From assembly GCF_009914755.1 (NCBI RefSeq), contig NC_060939.1: a stretch of 64,000 bases of DNA; one strand, written 5' to 3'. This DNA comes from the human T2T-CHM13v2.0 reference genome, Homo sapiens. The position numbers were made by a program, and so were the translations under genes. This document shows positions 26,651-37,826 of this stretch, piece by piece; positions within the stretch are counted from its first letter, which is position 1, and each line of letters begins with the position of its first letter. The notes beneath the pieces were generated by a model. That model made no database searches and was not told the DNA's origin. It worked only from the letters and a program-made list of their open reading frames with translations.

Positions 26651-27020
26651 AAAGTGTTTAGAGTCTAAGGATCCTTTCTTCACTAATATTGATGAAGTAT
26701 GAAAGGCAGATGAGATGTTACATTTAGTGAGATATTCTGAAACACATATACAGAGAAAATCTGATCTGTGTGATAAATGCTAAGGAATATATACAATGGA
26801 GTTTGAGCCAAAATATTGTAGGGTATGTGGAAAGCTAATATTATTAATTCATTCACACAATTAATTATAATTTTTGTTGGAAGCCAAAACATCTATTTAT
26901 TTCCCTGATGTTAATAAAATAAGCCCATCTGATTTATGCAATGCTATTTTGCAACTGTGCAAATAAATCATTGCACTGTCAATTTCTACCTGTTGGCTGG
27001 GTATCTAAATCTTGGAGATA

Positions 27021-27325
27021 TTTTTATTTTTATTTTTATTTTTGTGATGGAGTCTCGCTCTGTCACTCAGGCTGGAGTGCAGTGGCACAGTCTCGGCTCA
27101 CTACAACCTCCACCTCCCAGGTTCAAGCAATTATCTTCCTCAGCCTCCCGAGTAGCTGGGATTACAGGCACCTGCCACCATGCCCAGCTAATTATTTTGC
27201 AATTTCAGTAGAGACGGGGGTTTCACCATCTTGGCCAGGCTGGTCTTGAACTCCTGACCTTGTGATCCACCCACCTCGGCCTCCCAAAGTGCTGGGATTA
27301 TAGGCATGAGCCACTGCGCCCGGCC
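27021..27325 (-). mobile_element. Alu (AluSg/Sx-like)
   Basis: Full dimeric Alu; TSD tggagata at 27013-27020 and 27326-27333. Confidence 0.95.
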
Positions 27326-27444
27326 TGGAGATAAATTTTTAATCATCAACATATAATATCCACATTTCAGACACTCAGAAAACCCAACCTTGAATTGAAG
27401 ATAATTCCTAAGAACAGTAACTATAGAATACTCTCCAGTCCACT

Positions 27445-27625
27445 ACCACAGTGCACTGTGCTTAAACCGCTGATCCCTGGTAACACATGCAATAGCCTTG
27501 CGATACGTTATTTCCATTTTTCAGAGGAAAAAAATGAGACACAGTGAGATAAAACTGTCCTAGGTCATGCAGTGAGTAAATATTTAAACATGATATATCT
27601 GAGCCTAAACCACTGTCAGAAACCA
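27445..27625 (-). mobile_element. MIR
   Basis: ccatttttcagaggaaaaaaatgagacacagtgag...ctgtcctaggtcatgcagtgagtaaat core. Confidence 0.7.
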
Positions 27626-27654
27626 TGATGTCTGTCTTTCAGGCTTCTGCAGTG

Positions 27655-27822
27655 AGTACTTCTCAAAGCATAGTCCCTGGACCAACGAATTTGTAAGAAA
27701 TGTGAATTCTGCGACCCCACCTCAAACCCTTGAACCACAAAGTCTGCGGATGGTGTCAACAATTCTATATTTTCATAATCCTTCCAAGTGATTCTGATGC
27801 ACGTTCAAGTTTGAGAAAGTCT
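27655..27822. mobile_element. MER5A (hAT-Charlie MITE)
   Basis: ttctcaaagcatagtccctggacc...agaaatgtgaattct...gtgattctgatgcacgttcaagtttgagaa, with ttctcaaa/tttgagaa inverted ends. Confidence 0.8.
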
Positions 27823-28028
27823 ATAGTAAGGAGAGATAAAACATCAAATTATTGAGAACATGATAAAGGGCAGAATAACGAACCATTACCCTAGGTTATT
27901 TATTTCTCTCTTATATGGGTGGTGTGTGGGTGGGGGTGGTATGTGTTGGGGGGTGGGTATGAGTATGTATATGTGTGTATGGGAAGGGGGTGTAGTACTA
28001 GCTAACACCCCTCCTCTGTTATAAGTAC

Positions 28029-28064
28029 CTTTAGAATTATTATCAACTTCAGGAATTACTGAAA
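28029..28064 (-). other. Candidate 36-nt exon, phase 1-1, (V)SVIPEVDNNSK
   Basis: Acceptor ttgactctcataacag|T and donor AAG|gtactt; only phase 1 is open. Confidence 0.2.
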
Positions 28065-28336
28065 CTGTTATGAGAGTCAAATAATTTGGAAAAATACATC
28101 CAGCTTATTATAATCTTGCCACTCTGAGGAGTTGGTTATCAGCACAACTGTTGTTTTTACTTTTTTAGTGTATTAAATATATGAAGAAACAATAACTCTT
28201 ACAGTTCCAAACATTAAAGCTCTCATTTTCGCTACAAAATCTGGTGCCTTATAAGTGTGTGAGCCTCTCAGTTATGCCAGAAGTGAGACTTCGCAGAACA
28301 GGACAGTAATGTCACAGGGCTATGAGACAAGAGAAC

Positions 28337-28553
28337 TGTCATGACATTAATCTCTGACTCCATATAGGGAACACCTTATTATAAAAGGCATTCTTGCTGC
28401 TGCAGAGCTGTTGGCAGGGCAGCTGAATTACTGCAACAGCCATTTAGTCTCTCTTTTTGAGTGAAGAGAGAGTCAATATGAAATAGATTGCAACTGACTT
28501 TTTTATATTACATGAATAATTGATTTTCATGGAAAAATGTTTTCTAAAAATAA
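28337..28553 (+). promoter_or_regulatory. Candidate muscle-type promoter/enhancer motif cluster
   Basis: TGTCATGACA palindrome 28337-28346, degenerate CArG CCATATAGGG 28360-28369, TATAAAAG 28380-28387, E-box CAGCTG 28420-28425 and MEF2-type CTAAAAATAA 28544-28553, all in non-repetitive DNA. Confidence 0.35.
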
Positions 28554-28839
28554 TCATAGCAAGAGTTCTCTCACCTAGTTCCACACTTTCCAACCAAAAT
28601 AGAGACCACTACAAAACGATTAATCATTCAATACTTTCCCTTTAGCCCTGATGGCATAACGATAAACTAAATTCACCAGGAAAGAACTCTGAGAGACAGA
28701 AAATCCTACATCTATTAATTTTTGTGAGGCACGGCTTATGAAAATAAATGGTGGTGAAAGGTAAGTAACCTCTTGCATTTGTTCACCTCTGCTAACTTTT
28801 ACTCCAGCTACTTAATATCTATGATATCATATGTATCAT

Positions 28840-28985
28840 CATCATAGAGGCAATTGAGAGGTACAATTACCCCCATTTTACAGAGGGAGAAACAAGGGCC
28901 ATAGATGTTTAACAAACATGCATAGGTAATGGTATACATTGTGTTTAGAACTTGGATTGGAATCTGGTTCTCTTGACCATTATAC
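28840..28985 (-). mobile_element. MIR
   Basis: attacccccattttacagagggagaaacaagg core. Confidence 0.7.
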
Positions 28986-29087
28986 CTCTCTATCTGACAG
29001 TGCCCCAATTCTCTCCTAAACTTCTGAGTGACCTGTCTAGGAAGAGTATGCTCCACTGCCACTTAACAAGTACATGATCATCTAAAC

Positions 29088-29505
29088 CAGTAGTTCTCCA
29101 AGTAAAACAGAGGGACACCTTTCAGGGGATGTTTTTTATAATAACACTAGGATGTTATCAGGCTTTTTCACTTGCATTCATTCAGGAGTGTGTGGTGGAA
29201 TTTTCCAGAGGCTACATGGTATGTGATATGAAAACAGACAATGCAGAAGCAGAAAAGAATATCCAGCTTTCTTCTGTTGTCATTTAGAAGATTTTCAAAA
29301 ACATAAAAATGGCAATCTTCCCAAATTTTTTGTTTTAAAAATTTTCATAAAATTTATATCAACGTATGATTTTAATCATTGTTTCTTAACTTCTAATATG
29401 ATAAATGGTAACAGATATAATCTGTATTTTTCACAAGTTATTGGAGGCCTCAATCACTTTCAAGAGTGTAAAGGGGCCTGACAATGAACATTTTAACAAC
29501 TGCTG
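29088..29505 (+). mobile_element. Charlie1b-like non-autonomous hAT element
   Basis: Ends cagtagttctc... and ...aacaactgctg. Internal ttttccagaggctacatg and aatgcagaagcagaaaagaatatccagc (Charlie1 transposase C-terminus), plus aagagtgtaaagggg. Confidence 0.75.
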
Positions 29506-31227
29506 AAGAGTTGACCAACAAATAAATTCCTATGCTTCAATTATGTTCTTTCATTTACTCATTCTTCCTTTCTTCACTCAATAAATATTTCTTGAGCCCT
29601 ATAATGTGCAAAGAAGCTCCAGATACTGGGTGTACAGTAATGAACAAAGTAACAGCCCTTATTCCTAGTAAGGGTAGAAAACAATCATCAATGCATAACA
29701 GATACATGTTACAAACTTCCATATATATTTTAAAGAAGGAGAGCAAGATGCAATGAGGTAAAACAATAGAGGGAGGAAAAAGAACCCTCATATAAATTAG
29801 GAAGGCTATACTGAGGAATAAGAAAGAATCATATGAAATGAATGACAGAAAGAAGACCTGACAGAGGAAACACCACGTTTTTAACATCTTGAGGTGATAA
29901 AGAGCTTGATGTCCTCGAGGAACTGAAGCACAGACAGGCAGTTAGAGTATACTGAGCAAAGAAGGGACAGAAAAGAAAGAGGTTGGAAACTGAGCCAGGG
30001 ACTGTATCTTACAAACCACCATATGTCATAATAGAAAGTTGAGATTGTATTCCATGCACAGTGGCAAGTCCTTAAAGAATTCCAAGCAGTAGAATAGCAT
30101 GATGTCTATTAAGTGGGCAGTAGTGATTGAAAGAAGGAAATCTATCAAAGTTAACCAAAAGAAATAGAAGAGGCAAAAAATCTGTGGATCAAGGGGAGGA
30201 AATCTATGCATTATCAAAAGCTTGTGGAGAAACAGGCAAACTAAGGAAGAAGAAACTGCAGAAGAATTACATTTTTTTGAACAATAAGGTGAGGTGAGCT
30301 AAGAATACAATTGGAGTTTGACCAAATGGACCAGTGTCCACTTGAGTTTGACCCCCAGGTGCCACCCCAGCTTACCCTAGACAACGAACCTTCCCTCTAT
30401 GTCTATAATATAACAATAAAGCATACAAATGGAAAAAACAGTAATAAGGAGCAGAGAAATATATGCTCCATCTATTAGCTCCATCTAAGATGTTTTAGGA
30501 TGAGGAAGTAATGTGAGTTCGGTGAAAGAGTAAATTTGAGTCTGGGTATGACATACCATCTTTGGCAAGGGACCTCAGACTGAGAAATGGAATCATGATG
30601 TTCTCTTTGTAAGTTGGTCTTTGATCAGGACAATTTTAACATTTATTGCTTAGACTGCTCTCCCTGCCCTAACTCTCACCCAGGAAAGTTGGGCCTGCTC
30701 TGTGAGAGGTAGAGATAGAGCCCCGAGTCAATAATCTGACATTTATAAAAGTTCACTATAATTGCCATGTGAGAACAGACTGGAAAAAGGGGAGCAAAAC
30801 TGGAAAGAGTCATTAGAAGTAAATTATAATTGTCAAAGGGAAAGATGATGATAGCTTGGGTAAAATGGTGGTGTTGGAAATATAAAGTAGATGACTGTGT
30901 GACAGGAATTAGATAAAAAGCTAATAGAGTTCTTGATGCAATGGTTTGTGAAAATCAAGAAAGGGAGAAATAAATATTACTCCCATATTACTAGTTTGTG
31001 CAGCTGAATAGATGATGACTCTATCAACTGAGATAAGAAAAACTGGGGAGAAACATGGCAAGTAAGAGAGAAGAGAATCAAAACTCAGACATGTTAGGTT
31101 TAACTTATTTGTGAGACATCTCAGTGGAAAATGTCAAGGATGCAGTTGGCTAAAATAAATAAATCAATAAAGTTGGAGCCCAGAGGAATGGTTTGTAATG
31201 AGGACACACATTTTGGAACAATAGACG

Positions 31228-31730
31228 TGCATATTGAAAGACATAAAATTCTAAGTGCTGCCTTAACATCTTTGAGCCTGAAAAAGGATTAGGTTCAAAG
31301 GCCTAACCATCATCTCCCCTGCTTGCTCCAAATACACTCCACACCCTGCCAGAATTGCTCCACTCCCAGCGACTCCCCACCTGTACTAGCTGCACCCCAC
31401 TCAGTCCTTAACCTAAGTGGTTTCACTTTTCTGCAAGCCAGAATTCTTCAAACAGGCCAATCACACCTTTCAGTGGGAAGCCCGGGACCCCCCTACACCC
31501 CTGTTACTATAAAGCCTGCCTCTCACAGCCCCTGAGCGTTAACTCTCTTCCAAAGTACAACCCCCATGTCACCTGCATGGTATGTGGTATCCTCCTCTCC
31601 CAAATCCTGAATATGTGTAACTAGTAAACTTCTGTGAGTGTAAGTCTCATCTCTCCAGTGTTGGGTGTCATGTATTTGGCCATCTCATACTACTTAGGAC
31701 TAGGGATCTCCCTTTCACCAATAACATGAA
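31228..31730 (+). mobile_element. ERVL-class solo LTR (MER74/MER88/LTR53-like)
   Basis: C-rich ~500-bp block inside the purine-rich L2, with CCAAT (ggccaatcac), TATA (tactataaagcc) and an agtaaa poly(A)-like signal in LTR order; tgctgcctt...ggcctaacc start. Exact family uncertain. Confidence 0.6.
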
Positions 31731-32260
31731 TAGCAGATTATCAGAATAACAAGTACATGGTATATAATGCCACTGAGATGAATAAAGTCATCTAGGCACA
31801 AAATTTTAAAAGGAGTAGCCATCAGGTACAGTGATGATCCAGCAGGAGAAGCTGAGAAGTGACATGAGAGAATAAAAGGAAAACCAGTTGGTAGGAGCCC
31901 TGGAAACCAAAAGGAAAGATTATTCAAAAGAAGGATAAAATTTTACCTATCCACACTCAGCAACTGAGAGTCACTGATGTTAATAAGGCATGAGCAGGTT
32001 CAAGGGAGTAGTGGGAATGAAATCATATTGAAGTGAATTAAACAGTGAGTGAGAGATGAGGATGTGAAGACAACATGTCTTTTTGCAAGATTCAGTAATA
32101 AAAGGGAGCAGATAAATAGATCACTATCTAGACAGAAAACTGGCCTAAAAGAAATGAGTCTATTTGGGTTCTGGTAGGAATAATCCAATGGGGGAAAAGG
32201 TTGATGATGCTAAAAAAAAGAAGGGACATCCAAAGAAAAGAGGCCCTTGCGAAGGCAGGG

Positions 32261-32642
32261 TCTATTAGTCCATTTGCACACTGCTGTAAAGAACTGCCCA
32301 AGATTGGATAATTTATAAAGATAAGAGGTTTCACTGACTAACAGTTCAGCATGGCTGAGGAGGCCTCAGGAAGCTTACAATCATGGTGAAAAGCAAAGGG
32401 GAAGCAAGGCACCTTCTTCACAAAGCAACAGGAAGGAGAAGTGTCAAGCAAAGGGGGAAGAGCCCCTTATAAAATCATCAGATTTCGTAAGAACTCACTA
32501 TTATGAGAATAGCATGGAGGAAACTGCCCCCACTCCAATTACTTCCACCTTGTCTCTCCCTTGACATGTGGGAACTAAGGGGATTACAGGGATTATAATT
32601 CAAGATCATATTTGGGTGGGGACACAATGCCTAACCACATCA
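32261..32642 (-). mobile_element. THE1D-like MaLR solo LTR
   Basis: attagtccatttgcacactgct...ggaggcctcaggaagcttacaatcatgg...tttgggtggggacaca; 5-bp TSD caggg at 32256-32260 and 32643-32647. Confidence 0.92.
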
Positions 32643-32999
32643 CAGGGTGAAGTACAAAAGATCCCATTTGGAGAGAATGGTCTTTGATGAGAGCAAAAAC
32701 TCATCACCCTTGTAAAAAATAAAACTTTGAGTATGAATCCTAGTGCTTTGTAGATATGATATTAGAAGGAAGAGAGAGCTCTTTTCTTGTGGTTTGAATT
32801 TTTCCATTGAAGTATGAGCAAGAGTATTTGCAACTAAGACTACAAATTTGAGGAGTGAAAAGACAGCAGGAAAGAGTTAATGTGGAAACTGGAGAGAAAG
32901 CCCGCTTGAAAAATCACAGTGGAATTCTGAAAATGTAGTCACTCTTAATTAAATCAGTCCTCGATTGTCTGCACATCACAAATTTAACAGTAACTGCTA

Positions 33000-33205
33000 C
33001 AATTTTGGAAGCCCTACCATCACTTCACATATATTATCCTTTATTTTAAACCTTACTACAACCTTATGATGCTGAAATTGTTTTTCCCACTTTATATATA
33101 AGAAAATTGAAGCTCAAAAAGGTTATGTAATTGCAAAGTTAAAAAGTGACAGAGCAGTTGAGTTCAGTTCTATCCAATGTAAAAGCTGTTGCTATCTGCA
33201 CCATA
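33000..33205 (-). mobile_element. MIR
   Basis: cttcacatatattatc...caaccttatga...cccactttatatataagaaaattgaagctcaaaaaggttatgtaattgc. Confidence 0.65.
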
Positions 33206-33501
33206 TCAGTTTTTATCAAACTTGAATAATGCAAACATATTTTAAAGTTAAACAAGTCTCATGGACTCCTAACACTGAATTGTTAAGTCGTTTGATCTTC
33301 TCTTGGCATCAGGAGATTTGTAAACCAAAATAAAGATGCGGCCACTAAAGTTGTGTGAATCATTTGTAAGGTAGTAATTTAAATGATCCACAGTTTTCTT
33401 AAGTTTTTTCCTCCTAGGGTGACTGCAATCTTCCCCCTTCAGACACATCAAGACAATCACTACACCTCCATCAAGTGAGTACTCAGCTTTGTACACATTA
33501 C

Positions 33502-33548
33502 CTTGAGAAAATGCAGTGAACAAAGTCATGTAAAATAATCCAGGGTTC
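33502..33548 (-). other. Candidate 47-nt exon containing an ATG (NPGLFYMTLFTAFSQ, ends in phase 1)
   Basis: Acceptor gccattattccatag|G and donor AAG|gtaatg. Confidence 0.25.
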
Positions 33549-33746
33549 CTATGGAATAATGGCAACTTCCTAAATCTAATCTCTTTGCCCGTAATCTAAC
33601 TACCATATGGAGAAAAAAAAGGGAGCAAATAAAACTACCTTTAAAACATGCCAAAGAATAAATTTGGAGACAAGGAATATAAAACAGTTTACACACTTGA
33701 GATTTCAACAAGATGGCTGACCAGAGATGCCTGGCACTCATACCCC

Positions 33747-33747
33747 T

Positions 33748-33778
<31 letters not shown>
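33747..33778. repeat. (AAC)n microsatellite
   Basis: About 10 AAC units in the L1 5'UTR. Confidence 0.95.
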
Positions 33779-33779
<1 letters not shown>

Positions 33780-35318
33780 AGACTAGAGCAATAAATAAAC
33801 AATTAAAATTCAAGTATAGTGTCTAAAAAGAGAACTGGAGTACCACAAGGGAGGTGTGAATTCCCTGTGAAGCATGGACACCCAGAACAGCAGCATAGAA
33901 AGGGGAGCAGAGCACCCTGCTTCTGGTACTACATCACCTCCAACAAGATTGACTGGGAACCAGAAAGGACTTTCATTTGCAGGGGAAAAGGTAAGCAGAA
34001 GATCTCCAGCAGCTCCATTACATAGAAGTCACATACAGGAGAATCCTGCAGCCCTCACAGACCATGATCACAGCTGGGTGAGCTGCCTAGAGTTCACATG
34101 GCTACATTGCTCCAAAATACAAGCCCATATGGTGCACCCCTCACTTCCAGTGACACAAGTTGCTATAGTACAGCGTCATCTTAGAACTGGAACCAATAAC
34201 CAGAGTGTACCTTTCTCTGAGGGCCATTGACTACCCTGTCTCTCCATCCATGAGGCTCTGTCATTTTTATCATGCTTACACATGTGACTACAGCACCATA
34301 TTCCCAGTTATTGAAAGCTTGGGCCCAGTGGGATGTACGTACTCCAGCATCTGAGCCCCTCCACTGGAGAGGCTATGCCAGAGCCAGTGGATGCATTGCG
34401 TGTGTGACTCTTTGGCCTGAAAACCAACCCAGCAACCAGAAAGCTTTGCCACCACTGCCACAAATCCCCACACTCTAGGCCACTAAGGCACCTGCAGAAA
34501 TTGCTGATGTGGATTTCAGTGGAAGAATCTGCATGGAGACTACACTATTATGTAGTCTTCCAGAACCAAAGCTAACAAACTACCCAATGACACCCTAGGA
34601 CAACAGCTACAAGAAGATGTCTTTCCTTTCAAAAGCTATTCCATCAAATTGGAAGAAGTGACAATTCCATCAAATGCACAGATATCAAAGTAAGGATAAA
34701 TGAAACACAAAAATAAACAAGAAAATATGACACTTCCAAAGAAACAAAATAATTATTTAATAACAGCCTTGCAAGAAAAGGAAATCTATGAAATGCCAAA
34801 GAAGGAATTCAAAATCATAATCATAAGGAAACTTGGCAAGTTACAAGAACATACAGATAAACACTTCAATAACGTCACAAAATGAGGAATTTAAAAAATG
34901 AGGAATTTAACAAAGAAAATGTGAAAAGAACCAAACAAAAATCCTGGAACCTGATGAATTGAGAGCTACAACAACAGACTAGAAGAAAGAATTCTGAACT
35001 TGAAGATAAGTCTTTGGAAATAACCATGTCAAAGGAGGAAAAAATAAGAAGAAAAAGTAAGCCAAAGGGACTTATGTGATATCATTAAGTAAATATATCT
35101 TTACATATATTTACATATATATTTGGTTAATATGCTTAATATATATTACAGGAGTTCCAGAGGCAAAATAGGTGAAGAAATGCACAGAAAGCCTATTTAA
35201 CAAAACAATAGCAGCAAACTTTATAAGTCTTGAGAGAGAGATAGACGTCCAAATCCAGGAAGCTCAAAAGTCCCTAAATATATTAAAACAAAAGTTCCTC
35301 ACCTGGCAACATTATAAG

Positions 35319-35720
35319 TATGTTAGACTGCTCTTGAATCACACAATGCAGTATTCAAGGGTGGGTAATTTATAAAGAAAAGTGGTTTTATTGGTTCACA
35401 GTTCTGCAGGCTGTACAGAAAGCATGGCACCGGCATCTGCTCACCTTCTAATGAGGACTCAGGAAGCTTACTATCAAGGCTAAAGGCAAAGGGAGAGCAG
35501 GCATCTCACATGGGGAGAGAGCAAACAGGGGGAAGGTACAACACATTTTTAAACAACTAGATCTTATGTGAGTTTACTCACCACTAAGGAGATGTCACTA
35601 AGCCAATTCATGAGGGCTATGCCCCAATAATCCAATCACCTCCCATCAGGCCCCACCTCCAAGACTGTAGATTACAAATTCAACATGAAATTTAGAGGGG
35701 ATAACACCCAAACTTTATCA
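35319..35720 (-). mobile_element. MSTA/MSTB MaLR solo LTR inserted in L1 ORF1
   Basis: gggtaatttataaagaaaag...cacagttctgcaggctgtacagaaagcatggcaccggcatctgctc...caggccccacctccaa...ttcaacatga; degenerate 5-bp TSD ataag/atagc. Confidence 0.9.
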
Positions 35721-37790
35721 ATAGCCAAACTGACAAAATACAAAGAGAATTCTATAAGTAGCAAGAGAAAGAAAAGAGTGAAGCCACATACATGGGAATC
35801 TCCATTAGACCATCAGCAGATTTCTCAGCTGATGCATTGCAGGCAAAGAAAAAAATGAGATGATATATTCCAAGTGCTATATAGGGAAAAAAACTGCCAG
35901 CCAAATATACTATACACAGCAAAACTGTCCTCCAGAAAAGAGAGAAAAAAAAAGTCCTTCCCAGATGAGCAATACTACAAGGAATTCATCAGCCCTAGTC
36001 TTAAAAGAAATGCTTAAGGGAGGAATACAACTGGAAGCAAAATGACAATAATTACTATTATGAAAACACATCAAAGTATAAATTCATTACTAGAGGTAAA
36101 TTCATAATCATTCAAATCTCTACTATGAAGGTTAAAGTCAATATGGTCAAAAATAACTACAGCTTAGTTGTAAAAGAACCCACAATATACCAATATGTAT
36201 ATTAAGGTAAAAGTAATGTATTGTGAGAAGTGGGTGAAAGTCTAGAGGGTTTCTATACAACCAAAGATAATTTTCTCTCAGCCTAAATTAGTCTATTTTA
36301 GCTACAAGATTATTTATATTACCCACACGTTAACCTCAAAAAAAAAAATGCAGCAGTTACACAAAATAGAAAGGGAATGAAATCAAACCTTAGCACCGAA
36401 AGGAAACAGAAATCACCAGACCACAAAGGTAAACAAGAACAAAAGAAAAAACAAAGGATCTACAAAACAACCACAACAGAATCAGCAAAATGGAAGGAAT
36501 AAGTATGTACGTATCAATAACAACCTTGAAGGCAAATGAATTAAATTCTCCAATTAAAAGATATGAAATGGCAGAATAGATTAAAAAACAAGATCCAACT
36601 ATATGCTCCCACAAAACTCACTTTACCTGTAAGAACACATCCAATTTGAAAGGAAAGAGATGGAAAATACATTCTAAGCAAAAATAAAAAGGGAGCAGGA
36701 GTTGCAAAAATAAAAAGGGAGCAGGAGTGGCTATGATTGTAATAGATAAAACACACTTTAAGTAGAAAACTATGAAAAGAACAAACAAGGTTATTATATA
36801 GTGATAAAGGAATCTACTAAGCAAGAGGATATAACAAGTATAAATGTATACATACCCAAAACTGGAGTATGCAAATATATGAAGCAAATATTATTAGATC
36901 TAAAAGGAGAAATACAATGTAATACAATAATAGTAGAAGACTTTAATATCCCACTTTCAACAATGGACAGATTATGCAGACAGAAAATCATAAAAGACAC
37001 ATTGGACTTAAACTGAACTCTAGACCAAAGGGACATAACACTTACAGAATATCCTACCCAAGAGCAATAGAATATACATTCTACTCAACTGCACATGGAA
37101 TACTCTCCAGGACAGATCATGTTAGGCCACAAAATATGTCTTAACAAACTTAAGAAGATAGAGGTCATATCAAGTATCTTTTCTAATCATAACAGTATTT
37201 AACTAGGAATCAGTAACAGAAGGAACTTCTGAAACTTTACAAATACATAGAACTTCAACAACAGGCTACTGAATAACCAATGGGTCAATGAGGAAATTAA
37301 AAGAGAAGTTAAAAATTTTTGAAACAAATGACAATAGAAACACAACATACCAAAATCTATGAGATACGGCAAAAGCAGTACTATGAGAGAAGTTTGTACC
37401 TCAAAGTACTGTTTATACAAATGCATATATCAAAAGAGTAGAAAGATCTCCAATAAACAACCTAACATTGCACCCTCAAGTAACTGGAAAAGTAGGAACA
37501 AAATAAACTCAAAATTAGTAGAAAAAGATAATAAAGATGAGAACAGAAATAAAAAAGAATAAAAATACAAAATATTGATGAATGTAAAATTAGTTTTTTG
37601 AAAAGATAAAAAAAATCAACAAATCTTTAGCAAGACTAAGAAAAGAGATGACAAGTAAAATCTGAAATGAAAGCAAAGACATTACAACTAATACCACTGA
37701 AACACAAGAGATCATGAAAAGCTTCCAGCTTTTTGTCTAACATGTAGAAAAAGAAAAAGATGCCATGTTCACCACTTCTATTGAACATAG

Positions 37791-37826
37791 TAGGTAAGTG
37801 AAAAAGTAATTGAGTTTTTTTGCCAT
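37791..37826. mobile_element. Half of a MADE1 (Hsmar1 MITE)
   Basis: taggtaagtgaaaaagtaattgagtttttttgccat versus the MADE1 arm TTAGGTTGGTGCAAAAGTAATTGCGGTTTTTGCCAT. Confidence 0.7.

Larger units (their letters stand above)
29545..32900 (-). mobile_element. LINE-2 remnant interrupted by three insertions
   Basis: L2 3'-end complement ttcactcaataaatatttcttgagccctataatgtg; the L2 body resumes collinearly after the inserts at 30.1, 31.2 and 32.3 kb. Confidence 0.7.

Noticed and set aside
26936-27249. ORFs containing [13 protein letters not shown]-type peptides (similar Alu-derived ORFs at 8553, 43303, 51650, 55731)
   Set aside because: Alu-derived translations.
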